Below, one piece after another: positions 48,296 through 57,983 of a stretch of 64,000 bases of DNA. Source of the DNA: Candidatus Omnitrophota bacterium (GTDB taxonomy: Bacteria; Omnitrophota; Omnitrophia; Omnitrophales; Aquincolibacteriaceae). The stretch lies in assembly GCA_043732705.1 (NCBI GenBank), contig JAYTHE010000006.1, positions 12,284-76,283 on the forward strand. The letters are read 5' to 3'. Made by a program: the position numbers and the translations under genes. The stretch's first letter is position 1. Every line of letters begins with the position of its first letter. The notes beneath the pieces were generated by a model that ran no database searches, was not told the origin of the DNA, and saw only the letters and a list, made by a program, of their open reading frames with translations.

Positions 48296-51105
48296 GTTCG
48301 ATTGAGCTGCGTCGTGTTTCAACCCATAATTTAAAAGGGTTCGACCTCCGGCTTTCCCATCGCAAAATTCATGTTATGACCGGTGTCTCCGGCTCCGGAA
48401 AATCTTCTTTGGCATTTGATACGCTGTATGCCGAGGGCCAGCGCCGCTATATGGAATCGCTTTCTTCGTACGCTCGTCAGTTTCTTGAAAAAATGCCCAA
48501 GCCGGATATTGAATCTGCGACAGGGATCCCTCCTGCCGTTGCGATCCAAGCCAAAAACGTTGTTTCCAACGCAAGGTCGACAGTCGGCACTCAAACCGAA
48601 GTGAACGATTATTTACGGTCGCTTTTTGCGCGCGTAGGACATTTGCATTGCCCTGATTGCCAAGGCACGGAAGTGACCGCCTACCAAACAGACTCTGTTT
48701 TAAACCAGATTTGCGGCGAAAAAGCAGACCGTTTGACGGTATTTTTCCCTTTTATGCTAAAAAAGAATTCAAAGAGTGAAGCGGAGGCGCTGGCCTCGGA
48801 CTTTCTGAAACAGGGTTTTGAGCGCTTTTCCGAACCCGGCAAAGAATGGATTTCGATTCAAGCCGACAAGCTTACCGGGAAAAAAGTCCGCGAGATTGCC
48901 GTGCTTGTCGATGAGCTTGCAAATACCGCATCCAATCGAAACCGGATAAGAGAGGCTCTCGAATTGGCTTTTCAGGCGGGGCAGGGACGGGTAGGTGTGA
49001 TAAGCGGGAAAGCCACGCAATGGTTTTCAAAAGATCTGCAATGCTCTTCCTGCCGCCGTATTTTTAAAAAGCCGACTGAAAACTCTTTTTCATTCAATAG
49101 TCCGATCGGGGCCTGTCCGGTTTGCCAGGGTTTTGGACGGGTGATTGAAACCGATTGGAATTTAGTTATTCCGGATGAGTCCAAATCAATTCAAGAAGGC
49201 GTGATTGAGCCTTGGACCAAAGCCAGTACACGCTGGGAATTAGGGCAGCTGCTCGATTTTTGTAAACGTAAAAAAATCTCAGTTAAAGTTCCATGGAAAG
49301 AGCTTGAACCTAAACAGCGTAAATGGATTTTATATGGCTGCGAGGGAGATGAGTTCGCGTCCGTAACCGAGTTTTTTAAATATCTCGAAAAGAAAACTTA
49401 CAAAATGCATATCCGCATTTTTTTAAACCGCTACCGCGGCTATGCGGTTTGTCCCGCCTGCAAAGGTGTGCGGATTCAACCCGACGCTTTAAACGTATTT
49501 GTCGGCAGGAAAAATTTTGCGGATATTCAGGAAATTAAAATCAACGCGTTGGCGCTTTTTTTCAGAGATTTAAAGTTAACTTCTTATGAAACCGAAAGAG
49601 CGGAAGCGCTTTTGGATGAAATTCGCGCGCGCCTCGGCTTTTTAAGCGAAGTCGGTTTGGGATATTTGACGCTTTCGCGGATGTCGCGCACGCTTTCCGG
49701 CGGCGAAGTTGAAAGAATTCATTTGGCATCATCGCTCGGCGCTTCGTTGGTTGACACGCTGTATGTTTTGGATGAGCCGAGCATCGGATTGCATGAGCGT
49801 GATAATCAGATGTTGATTGGGCTTTTACGAAAGCTGAGAGATTTGGGAAATACCGTGGTTGTTGTGGAGCATGACCGTACGATGATCGAAGCTGCCGATG
49901 AGGTGGTTGATTTAGGGCCGCGCGGCGGCGAAGGCGGCGGAAAAATTCTTTACCAGGGCCCGGTAGCGGGGCTTTTACAATGTGAAGAATCGCTGACAGG
50001 GCGTTACCTGTCGGGACGCGAGACGCTATCACGTTTAAGCTCTGCGTTCGCGCAACCGCGACAACAGGCAAAGGCGATAAAAATTTTGGGTGCTTCCGCA
50101 CACAATTTAAAGAATTGCGATGTTGAAATTCCTTTGGGGAAACTTGTCGTGCTTTCGGGTGTTTCAGGTTCGGGGAAGAGCACCTTACTTTATGATGTGT
50201 TGTACAACCGTTATCAAAAATACCGCGGCCGCGCCATTTCACAGGAAGACTTGGGAGCGGTGAAGTCGATTCGCGGCTGGGATACGCTTGGAGATATGGT
50301 TTTGATCGATCAATCGCCGATTGGGCGTTCCCCGCGGTCAAATCCCGTGACTTATATGGGTATTTACGATGAAATCCGCAAAATATTTTCGCGGCTTCCC
50401 GCGTCCAAAGCGCAGGGGTTTGGTCCTGGACATTTTTCATTTAATGTGGACGGCGGACGCTGCAATGCCTGCAAAGGCGACGGCGAAGTCAAAGTTGAAA
50501 TGCATTTTCTTGCGGATGTTTATGTGCGCTGTGAAGCCTGCGGCGGAAAGCGTTTTCAACGGGACGTGCTTGCGATTACCTATCAGGGAAAAAATATCGA
50601 CAAAGTTTTGGGAATGACCGTAACCGAGGCGCTGAATTTTTTTTCAAAGTCGCCCGCAATCGTGAAATCTTTGACGATTCTAGAAAATACGGGGCTGGGT
50701 TATTTGCGTTTGGGTCAGCCGACATTGACTCTTTCGGGCGGGGAAGGACAAAGGCTTAAATTAGCGAGCGAGCTGGCCGCATCGCAATCTTCAAAGCAGC
50801 TTTATCTTTTTGATGAGCCGACAACGGGCTTGCATGAACATGATATCCGCTATCTGATCAAAGCTTTTGACGAATTGCTTGCGCGGGGACATTCCGTGCT
50901 GGTGATCGAGCATCACATGGAATTAATTCGACTTGCCGATTGGGTGATTGATCTAGGTCCCGAAGGCGGAGATGCCGGCGGCGAAGTGGTTTATCAAGGC
51001 GACGTAAAAGGCCTGCTCAAATGCGCACGGTCGCATACGGGGCGCTGTTTATCGCAATACCTCCAAAAAACAAGTTTGAAGATTCCCGCTCTTCAAACGT
51101 CTTAA
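48292..51105 (+). CDS. uvrA: Excinuclease ABC subunit A (possibly a UvrA2-type paralog)
   Basis: Two ABC ATPase modules (GVSGSGKS x2, LSGGE x2, DEP x2), zinc fingers and FSFN motifs. Confidence 0.93.
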   Translation: MSSIELRRVSTHNLKGFDLRLSHRKIHVMTGVSGSGKSSLAFDTLYAEGQRRYMESLSSYARQFLEKMPKPDIESATGIPPAVAIQAKNVVSNARSTVGTQTEVNDYLRSLFARVGHLHCPDCQGTEVTAYQTDSVLNQICGEKADRLTVFFPFMLKKNSKSEAEALASDFLKQGFERFSEPGKEWISIQADKLTGKKVREIAVLVDELANTASNRNRIREALELAFQAGQGRVGVISGKATQWFSKDLQCSSCRRIFKKPTENSFSFNSPIGACPVCQGFGRVIETDWNLVIPDESKSIQEGVIEPWTKASTRWELGQLLDFCKRKKISVKVPWKELEPKQRKWILYGCEGDEFASVTEFFKYLEKKTYKMHIRIFLNRYRGYAVCPACKGVRIQPDALNVFVGRKNFADIQEIKINALALFFRDLKLTSYETERAEALLDEIRARLGFLSEVGLGYLTLSRMSRTLSGGEVERIHLASSLGASLVDTLYVLDEPSIGLHERDNQMLIGLLRKLRDLGNTVVVVEHDRTMIEAADEVVDLGPRGGEGGGKILYQGPVAGLLQCEESLTGRYLSGRETLSRLSSAFAQPRQQAKAIKILGASAHNLKNCDVEIPLGKLVVLSGVSGSGKSTLLYDVLYNRYQKYRGRAISQEDLGAVKSIRGWDTLGDMVLIDQSPIGRSPRSNPVTYMGIYDEIRKIFSRLPASKAQGFGPGHFSFNVDGGRCNACKGDGEVKVEMHFLADVYVRCEACGGKRFQRDVLAITYQGKNIDKVLGMTVTEALNFFSKSPAIVKSLTILENTGLGYLRLGQPTLTLSGGEGQRLKLASELAASQSSKQLYLFDEPTTGLHEHDIRYLIKAFDELLARGHSVLVIEHHMELIRLADWVIDLGPEGGDAGGEVVYQGDVKGLLKCARSHTGRCLSQYLQKTSLKIPALQTS

Positions 51106-51116
51106 TAGTACAGGGT

Positions 51117-51145
51117 TTGAAAAGCGGCTTTCCGCAAGGTACACT
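51117..51145 (+). promoter_or_regulatory. sigma70 promoter 6 nt before the ATG (leaderless-type)
   Basis: TTGAAA-17-TACACT-TAAAGG-ATG. Confidence 0.7.
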
Positions 51146-51151
51146 TAAAGG

Positions 51152-51736
51152 ATGAATCTTTTTACTTCCAAGAAACATTTTTACATGGCGGGATATCTGT
51201 TGTTGATAGGTTTTTTACATGTGAATGCCATTTTGAAAGCGGAGGATCCGATTGCGGACACGCAAACAGAAGCCATTTCTTATGATCAAAAAATGGAACA
51301 AGATAAAGATGGAGTCAAAGCTCCGGCAACTCCCAAAATGATTTATTACGGCGGACAGGGGTTTTTAACCCGGAGTTCCTTGTCGAAATACGAAAATGAA
51401 ATTGCTTCTGCTTCAAAGGGCAAGAAAAAAGAAAAATTCAACTGGTCCGATTGGTGGGAAGATAAGCCATCTGAAACTCAAACGGACACGGCAGAAATTA
51501 AGCCTGCGGAAACAGTTGAGCCGGAAATACTTCAAGGCACGGATTTGCCGGCGGCGAAAGACAGTAGTTTGGATTCACAGCAAACGGATATAAAAGAAAA
51601 AAAGACGGATGAAAAACCGGCCGGTTCGGCTCAAACCGTCTTGGAAGAAGAAAGTTTCCCAGGGGAAGAAAGTGCGGCTCCGGATCAATCTCAGCCTCCC
51701 GCAGGGGGGAATACGAAGGGTGACGATTGGTGGTAG
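51152..51736 (+). CDS. Hypothetical exported acidic low-complexity protein
   Basis: Hydrophobic N-terminus, E/D/T/P-rich body, WSDWWED and a C-terminal DDWW. Confidence 0.65.
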   Translation: MNLFTSKKHFYMAGYLLLIGFLHVNAILKAEDPIADTQTEAISYDQKMEQDKDGVKAPATPKMIYYGGQGFLTRSSLSKYENEIASASKGKKKEKFNWSDWWEDKPSETQTDTAEIKPAETVEPEILQGTDLPAAKDSSLDSQQTDIKEKKTDEKPAGSAQTVLEEESFPGEESAAPDQSQPPAGGNTKGDDWW

Positions 51737-51913
51737 AAGCAGTTTTGAGGGATAAAATGAGGGCTTTTCACGTATTTTATTCCAATTCAGTTTCAGACTC
51801 CAAAGCCGTTAATTCTTCAGGTAATTAAGGTCTGCACGACCTGGTCCTTTTTGATATAATCCTGTCTTTATTGCGCCTTCTTTTAGGTGCGTTTCTAAGG
51901 AGAACACGAATTT

Positions 51914-53593
51914 ATGGTCATGAAAAAACGCCGCTTACAGCTTTTCTTTATTGAGCATGGTGGAACCATGGGTGTGATTGCGGGCGCCTTGGTCTTGATC
52001 GCGTTATGTGCATGGGGATTGATGAGCCTCGAAAGTTATTATCGAAATATTACTCTTGCTCAGATTCCGCTTAATTTTCTTTCGGTGATCGTGAATGCGG
52101 TTGTATTCGCTTACATCTACATGAACATGATGGGCCGCGGCTTTTCAGGTATCGGAAAGAAAGGTATTAAGGCCAATCAGGTTAATATTAAGTTTGATGA
52201 CGTGGTGGGAATTGATGAAGCAAAAGATGAATGCCGTGAAGTTGTGGACTTAATCAAAGATCACACCCGTCTTAAAAATATCGGCGGAAAAATTCTGCGC
52301 GGCGTTCTCATGATCGGGCCTCCGGGCTGCGGGAAAACCTATATTGCGAAAGCAATCGCGACTGAAACCGGCTTACCGTTTCTTTCTATGGCGGCCAGCG
52401 AATTCAACGAAGTGTTTGTGGGTGTTGGTGCAAGCCGTGTCCGTCAGCTTTTCAAAAAAGCACGCCGTTTGGCTTATGGCTATGGCGGCTGCGTGATATT
52501 TATCGACGAACTTGATGCCATGGGGCAAAAGCGTACTTTCAGCCAATTTGGCAGCGGCGAAGGCAATACGACCCAAAACCAGTTGCTTGTGGAGTTGGAT
52601 GGATTGGGTGGCGGTGCGACTGAGAATATTGTCGTCATCGGCGCGACCAACGCTTCCGAAGATATTTTGGATCCCGCGCTTTTGCGTCCGGGCCGTCTTG
52701 ACCGCAAAGTTTATATCAACAAGCCTAATTTGGAAGGCCGCGAAGCCGTGTTTAATCTTTATCTTAAAAAAGTAAAACATGATTCGAGCGTCGACCCCAA
52801 ACGTTTGGCGCGTCGCGCAATCGGTTATTCTCCCGCAGAAATTGAAAACGCGGTAAAAGAATCCGCGCTTGTAGCAACACGCAACAAACGCGACGTGATT
52901 ACTTGGAGCGATATGACGGAAGCCTTGGACCGTATTGAGCTTGGTTTCAAAATTAAACTGACGATTAATTCAAGAGAACGTGAAATGACGGCTTATCACG
53001 AAACGGGTCATTTGATTATCACGTATTTGCTTCATCCACGCGACGATGTCTTTAAGGCGTCTATTTTGCCGCGTAAAAACACCTTGGGTGTGGTTTACCA
53101 TGTTCCTTTGGAAGAGTGGCACACGCAAGACAAGGAGTCCTTAACAGCTCAAATCAAGATTGCTTTGGGCGGATTTGCCGGAGAACGCGTCAAATATGGA
53201 ACATCCACATCGGGTGTTTCTTCGGATTTTAAATCTGCGATGGGAGTTGCGCATACCATGGTTTGGAAATTGGGTATGGGGCCGTCCAGCCTTGTCGGAG
53301 ATTTTACAGTTGTGCCCGAAGGGCAATTATCGCGCGAAGTGGTGACTCAGTTGAGTCAAGATACTCAAAAAATTCTTACGGATTGTTTGAAAGAAGTAGA
53401 AGATTTATTGCGCAAAGAAAAGCCGTTGTTTGAACGTTTTGCCCAAGAATTAATTTCTAAAGGCGAGTTGCAGTATGACGAAATTGAGGCGATTTTTGCT
53501 GAGTTTGGGAAGGTCAATCCCAGAAAATTCGGCGGATCGGTTGCTTCTGCTGCTTCTGCGGACTCGAAGTATTTGCCGCCGTCTGCGCGTTAA
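51914..53593 (+). CDS. ftsH: FtsH-like AAA+ zinc metalloprotease, short form
   Basis: Two TM helices, GPPGCGKT, FVG pore loop, IFIDE, LLRPGR and HETGH. Confidence 0.85.
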   Translation: MVMKKRRLQLFFIEHGGTMGVIAGALVLIALCAWGLMSLESYYRNITLAQIPLNFLSVIVNAVVFAYIYMNMMGRGFSGIGKKGIKANQVNIKFDDVVGIDEAKDECREVVDLIKDHTRLKNIGGKILRGVLMIGPPGCGKTYIAKAIATETGLPFLSMAASEFNEVFVGVGASRVRQLFKKARRLAYGYGGCVIFIDELDAMGQKRTFSQFGSGEGNTTQNQLLVELDGLGGGATENIVVIGATNASEDILDPALLRPGRLDRKVYINKPNLEGREAVFNLYLKKVKHDSSVDPKRLARRAIGYSPAEIENAVKESALVATRNKRDVITWSDMTEALDRIELGFKIKLTINSREREMTAYHETGHLIITYLLHPRDDVFKASILPRKNTLGVVYHVPLEEWHTQDKESLTAQIKIALGGFAGERVKYGTSTSGVSSDFKSAMGVAHTMVWKLGMGPSSLVGDFTVVPEGQLSREVVTQLSQDTQKILTDCLKEVEDLLRKEKPLFERFAQELISKGELQYDEIEAIFAEFGKVNPRKFGGSVASAASADSKYLPPSAR

Positions 53594-53615
53594 GAACGCT
53601 GTTCTAAGCCGCATT

Positions 53616-55196
53616 ATGGCGAATAAACAAAAATCAGTCCTTCGCAAAGTTGCGCAAGGACTGATTTTTGTTTTTATGCCGATTTTGCTACTTTCCGCGT
53701 GTTTGAAAAGTACTTATCCTGAAAACTACGTCAAAGAATCCATTCTTAAAATTCTTCGTACGGAATACAGCATTCCCATGGCCCAGGTTGAGATTACCGG
53801 GAAAACGATTCATCTCTACCTGCCTGTCGAACGTTTGTTTACGGCGGACCTTGATGATATTAAAGTCTCTTTTGTGAGAATTTTGGGCATTCCCGTAAAA
53901 AATGGTTTTGTCGTGTGGACTGCACGTATTCTCTCGGGTCCGCAGGACGGTTATTGGGAATTGCTGGCGAGAATGTATCACGCGGAGCTTCTCCGCTGGT
54001 TCAAAATGGATTGGGTTGAGACGAAAGCAGAAAAGAAAAAAATCGAAAAAATTCAAGACGCGATTGAACTTCACCCCGAAGTTCAGGATGAGATCGGTCA
54101 AATGTTGTTCGCGGTGGCGCGCGTCGCACGCAGTACGGATCTCAAGCTTGATTTTTATGCCGCGCAAATTACAGACGTGAGATCAGGGCATGAATTTATT
54201 CTGCAGGGCTATTTGCAGGATATGAATCGCTTGCAGCTCATGGATATTTCTCAGGCCGAGTATCACAAGCGTATGCTGAAAGACACGCATGTGAATAACC
54301 GCGCACAAGTTCATTTTCCGGTGCGGAACTTTTTTTTAGATTTGAATCAAAAAACACGGGAAGACGTGCAGCAAAAGTATTTTGAAAAACTCACTTCTTT
54401 GGATTGGATGGACCGGTTCTATTTTAGAGACAAGAAGAAAAAGCTGTTTCCGGTTTCACAGATGACTTGGGAGATTGAGGATATTCGCAGCTTTTTAAGC
54501 CCCGCCGGCGGGCGTGCGTTGGTCTATGTAAAAACGGAAATGCTTTCGCGCACCGATCAGAAGACCGTAAAACCCCTGGAAGAAGAGTTTTTATTTGAAA
54601 TTTTGATTCGGAGCAAGTCGGTTCAAATTTTACGGATCATTCCGTTCAGTCTTTTAAATGAGATGTTGGCGGGCATGCCGGAATTTAATATGAGCGAAAA
54701 GACATTGCAGGAAAATATCAAGACATGGCGTTCGGAATTTGAACCAAAAGAAATTTTTCTCGAAGATTTTTTAGCCAAACAAATGATGATGCGCCTTTAC
54801 GATGATATTTATCAGGATGAACGCATCGCGAATACCTTTACCGACCTGCACTTTGAAGTCCGTTTCCGGCGTGAGCCCAAACGTGAATTTGTTTTTGAGG
54901 TGCGTCCAGCGTTAAAAGACCCGAAGGCCATTACTTCGGGCAGGCCTTTGTCGGAGCATGAGGACATGGTTTATTTGGAGAATCAATTTGTAAGCCGTGC
55001 GGCAGCCACTTTCCATAGTTATGGGTATAAAGATTTTGAAAATATGACAATCGAGCTTCCCGCTGAGGGCGAGAGGCTCATCGTGTCACCGGACCATTTA
55101 GAGCTCTTTTACCGCAAGAAGAAGCGCTTGGGAGATGTTTTACTGCGTGACAGTAACCCTATTCCGTCTGAGGAAACAGTTCCCCAAGGCAATTGA
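53616..55196 (+). CDS. Hypothetical lipoprotein (start re-called to ATG 53616)
   Basis: MANKQKSVLRK, a hydrophobic stretch and the lipobox LSAC. Confidence 0.7.
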   Translation: MANKQKSVLRKVAQGLIFVFMPILLLSACLKSTYPENYVKESILKILRTEYSIPMAQVEITGKTIHLYLPVERLFTADLDDIKVSFVRILGIPVKNGFVVWTARILSGPQDGYWELLARMYHAELLRWFKMDWVETKAEKKKIEKIQDAIELHPEVQDEIGQMLFAVARVARSTDLKLDFYAAQITDVRSGHEFILQGYLQDMNRLQLMDISQAEYHKRMLKDTHVNNRAQVHFPVRNFFLDLNQKTREDVQQKYFEKLTSLDWMDRFYFRDKKKKLFPVSQMTWEIEDIRSFLSPAGGRALVYVKTEMLSRTDQKTVKPLEEEFLFEILIRSKSVQILRIIPFSLLNEMLAGMPEFNMSEKTLQENIKTWRSEFEPKEIFLEDFLAKQMMMRLYDDIYQDERIANTFTDLHFEVRFRREPKREFVFEVRPALKDPKAITSGRPLSEHEDMVYLENQFVSRAAATFHSYGYKDFENMTIELPAEGERLIVSPDHLELFYRKKKRLGDVLLRDSNPIPSEETVPQGN

Positions 55197-55227
55197 AAAA
55201 AGCCACGAATTTGCTATCATACGCGCC

Positions 55228-56009
55228 ATGCTAAGCCTTAGTTCTCGCCAATCATTTATTCTTAACCGGGTTGTGGATACATTTATTGAAACAGGGCATC
55301 CAGTGTCCTCACAAGCGGTGGCCTATGCCAGCCCTTCGCCGGTTTCTTCCGCTACAATTCGTAACGAAATGGGTACGCGGAGGATACGGGCTATCTTGTT
55401 CAGGCGCATCATTCCTCAGGCCGTATTCCCACCGACCGCGGTTACCGTCATTATTTGGATCATGGCATTGAGTCTTGTGAAATAAAAGGGGAGCTGTCAC
55501 GCCAATTGTCCGCAAGTTTTTTGAATCGTTTTAAAACTATGGAAGACACCCAGCCTTTTGCCGAAGAGATTACAGCCGTTCTTTCGGAGCTTTCGAGGCA
55601 GCTGGGTGTTTTGCTTGTGCCTGATACCGGTCCCGAAACTTGGAGCGAAGACCGGATGCAAATGAAGGCGCAAGGTTTGCGTTATTTATTGGAAAATCCG
55701 GAATGTCAGAACTCCGCGACGCTCCGTCCGCTTGTGCGTGCAGTCGAAGAAAAGGAAGCTTTGAAACGTTGGATCGGTGAGCATGCCTCTGAAGCAAATA
55801 CACAGGCTTTTGTCGGATCGGAGCATGAATTTGAAGAACTTGAAAATTATACGATTGTGACCGCCCGTTTTGAGTCGGGCGCGCATGGCCCGTCAGGGGC
55901 TGTCGCGATTATTGGATTGAAACGCATGGCTTACGCGAAAGTTTTGCCGATTGTTTCGGAAATGGCCCATTTAATGGGAACAACTTTTCGCGCGATGCGT
56001 CAAGGTTAA
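55228..56009 (+). pseudogene. hrcA: Heat-inducible repressor HrcA with a 1-nt frameshift near 55378 (true pseudogene or sequencing error)
   Basis: PVSS...SSATIRNEMGT in one frame continues as EDTGYLVQAHHSSGRIPTDRGYRHYLD in the other frame. Lies upstream of grpE. Confidence 0.85.
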
Positions 56010-56021
56010 CGGGGGAAAAGC

Positions 56022-56597
56022 ATGAAAGACAAAGAAACGGAAGATAAACTGAAATCTGAAAAGCAGACGGATGAAACAGTTGAAATTTCACGTGCCGAGC
56101 TTGAAAAGTTGCAGGCGCAGTTAGCCGAGGCAGAAGGTATGCGTGAAAAACTTTTGCGTTCTGCCGCGGATTTTGAAAACGCTAAAAAACGTTTGACGCG
56201 CGAACGTGAAGATTTTATTAAGTTCTCACAGGAAAGCCTTTTGGGTGATTTGCTGCCGATTCTCGATAATTTTGACCGCGCCTTGGGACACCAGGCTAAT
56301 CTTGAGACCTTGGACGCTGAGGGACTTAAAAAACAGCTTAAATCGCTCATGACCGGTATGCAGATGGTGAAGAAGCAGTTTATGGATGTATTGCAAAGCC
56401 AGGGTGTTAAAGTGATTTCTGCATTGGGCGAAATTTATGACCCGCATAAGCATGAGGTGATTGAATACGTTCCGGGCGAGGGTAAGCCGGATGAAATTAT
56501 CACGGAAATTCAAACCGGTTATCTTTTGCAAGACCGCTTATTACGCGCAGCGAAAGTGCGCGTGCGTTCCGCGGCTCCCAAGCCCGAAGCTTCGTAG
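56022..56597 (+). CDS. grpE: Nucleotide exchange factor GrpE
   Basis: ADFENAKKR, LLPILDNFDRAL, YDPHKHE and GY.L..RLLR.AKV. Confidence 0.96.
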   Translation: MKDKETEDKLKSEKQTDETVEISRAELEKLQAQLAEAEGMREKLLRSAADFENAKKRLTREREDFIKFSQESLLGDLLPILDNFDRALGHQANLETLDAEGLKKQLKSLMTGMQMVKKQFMDVLQSQGVKVISALGEIYDPHKHEVIEYVPGEGKPDEIITEIQTGYLLQDRLLRAAKVRVRSAAPKPEAS

Positions 56598-56605
56598 ATT
56601 TGACT

Positions 56606-57691
56606 ATGGCGCAGAAAAGAGATTATTACTCGGTGCTTAGCGTTGAGCGCACCGCGACTGGCGAAGAAATTAAAAAATCCTACCGTAAAGTTGCGATGCA
56701 ATACCACCCCGACCGTAACCCCGGCGATCATGCCGCCGAAGAAATGTTCAAAGAAGCTGCAGAAGCTTACGCTATTTTAAGCGATTCAGCCAAGCGCGCT
56801 CAGTACGACCAATTCGGCCACTCGCTGGGCGGTGGGCGCGGAGGTTTTTCCGGTGATTACGGAGACGTCGGTGATATTTTTGAAGATGTATTTGAAGGTT
56901 TTTTTGGAGGAGGCGGAAGACGCAATCCCAACCGTGCACAAAAAGGCTCAGACCTCGAATATAAAATTGAAATGACTCTAGAAGAAGTTTTGAAGCCGAA
57001 AACTTTGGATCTTAAAATTCCGCGGCTGGAAAACTGCAGTGAATGTTCTGGAAGCGGTGCCGCGCCCGGATCTAAAAAAGTAACCTGTAATGATTGCCGC
57101 GGCAGCGGACAGATTCGTGTTTCCCAGGGTTTTTTTAATATGCAGACGACTTGTCCGCGCTGCCGCGGAGCAGGCGCATTTATTGACAAGCCCTGTAAGC
57201 CTTGCGGCGGTGCCGGACGTGTGAGAGATACACGCAAGCTGGAAGTGAAGATTCCGGCAGGCATGGACCATGGAACGCGTCTTAAAGTAACAGGGGAAGG
57301 CGAGGCGGGACAAAATGGCGGGCCGCGCGGAGACTTGTATGTTCAGGTGCTACTCAAAAAACACGATTTGTTTGAGCGGAATCATGAAGATATTCATTGC
57401 GAATGGAGTATTCCGTACACAGCGGCAGTTTTGGGCGGGACAGTTTCAGTTCCGACGCTTGAAAAAGAGGCAAGTTTAAAAATTCCTGCCGGCACAGTTC
57501 CGGGAAGAGCTTTAAAAGTTGAAGGCGCCGGTATTCCGTTTGTGCGTTCGCCTGACCGTCGGGGAGACCTTTACATCCATGTTCAGATTGAAGTGCCCGA
57601 AAAAGTTTCCAAGCGTGAAAAAGAGCTTTTGGAAGAGTTGGCCAAAGAGCGCGGCGAGAAAGTAAAAGCAAAAAAAGGGATGTTTAGTTAG
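56606..57691 (+). CDS. dnaJ: Chaperone DnaJ
   Basis: J-domain with HPD, G/F region and four CxxCxGxG repeats. Confidence 0.97.
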   Translation: MAQKRDYYSVLSVERTATGEEIKKSYRKVAMQYHPDRNPGDHAAEEMFKEAAEAYAILSDSAKRAQYDQFGHSLGGGRGGFSGDYGDVGDIFEDVFEGFFGGGGRRNPNRAQKGSDLEYKIEMTLEEVLKPKTLDLKIPRLENCSECSGSGAAPGSKKVTCNDCRGSGQIRVSQGFFNMQTTCPRCRGAGAFIDKPCKPCGGAGRVRDTRKLEVKIPAGMDHGTRLKVTGEGEAGQNGGPRGDLYVQVLLKKHDLFERNHEDIHCEWSIPYTAAVLGGTVSVPTLEKEASLKIPAGTVPGRALKVEGAGIPFVRSPDRRGDLYIHVQIEVPEKVSKREKELLEELAKERGEKVKAKKGMFS

Positions 57692-57982
57692 GTTCTGTCG
57701 ACCTTTTTTATAAAATAGCGACAGGCCCGCATTGCAAGCAGTACAAGGAACGAGGGAGGAAGGCGCACCCGTGTGGTGCGTCGACGATGGAGTGACGAAG
57801 TAATGCTTCGCAATCCGTCCTGTCCCTCTGAAAATATCATTAACGGGTTATGGTGGCATGGTTGCCATTCCGGCGTTGTTTTCTCCTTGGCGTAGTGCAT
57901 CGACTACGCCGTCGTCGTCACGCCTTGGACTGACAACCATGGCACTCATAACGCTAATTTACAAAAAAGGTCGGCAGAACCT
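57690..57982. mobile_element. 293-bp MITE-like element with ~31-bp TIRs enclosing two opposed family-A-like units
   Basis: AGGTTCTGTCGACCTTTTTTATAAAATAGCG ... CGCTAATTTACAAAAAAGGTCGGCAGAACCT (3 mismatches). Confidence 0.85.
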
Positions 57983-57983
57983 C

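Noticed and set aside
49562-50440. 292-aa antisense ORF, and similar ones such as 43407-44156 and 2318-3004
   Set aside because: These are shadow frames opposite well-supported genes and contain no recognisable motifs.
53475-53615. N-terminal extension of the lipoprotein overlapping ftsH
   Set aside because: ATG 53616 gives a proper lipoprotein signal peptide without the overlap.
55369-55390. Programmed ribosomal frameshift in hrcA
   Set aside because: No slippery heptamer or homopolymer lies at the shift site; a point deletion or sequencing error is simpler.
57858-57983. Longer starts for the thioesterase (likewise tgt 7797, rplM 20632, gpsA 58655)
   Set aside because: The extensions run through repeat elements, and family similarity begins at the downstream ATG.
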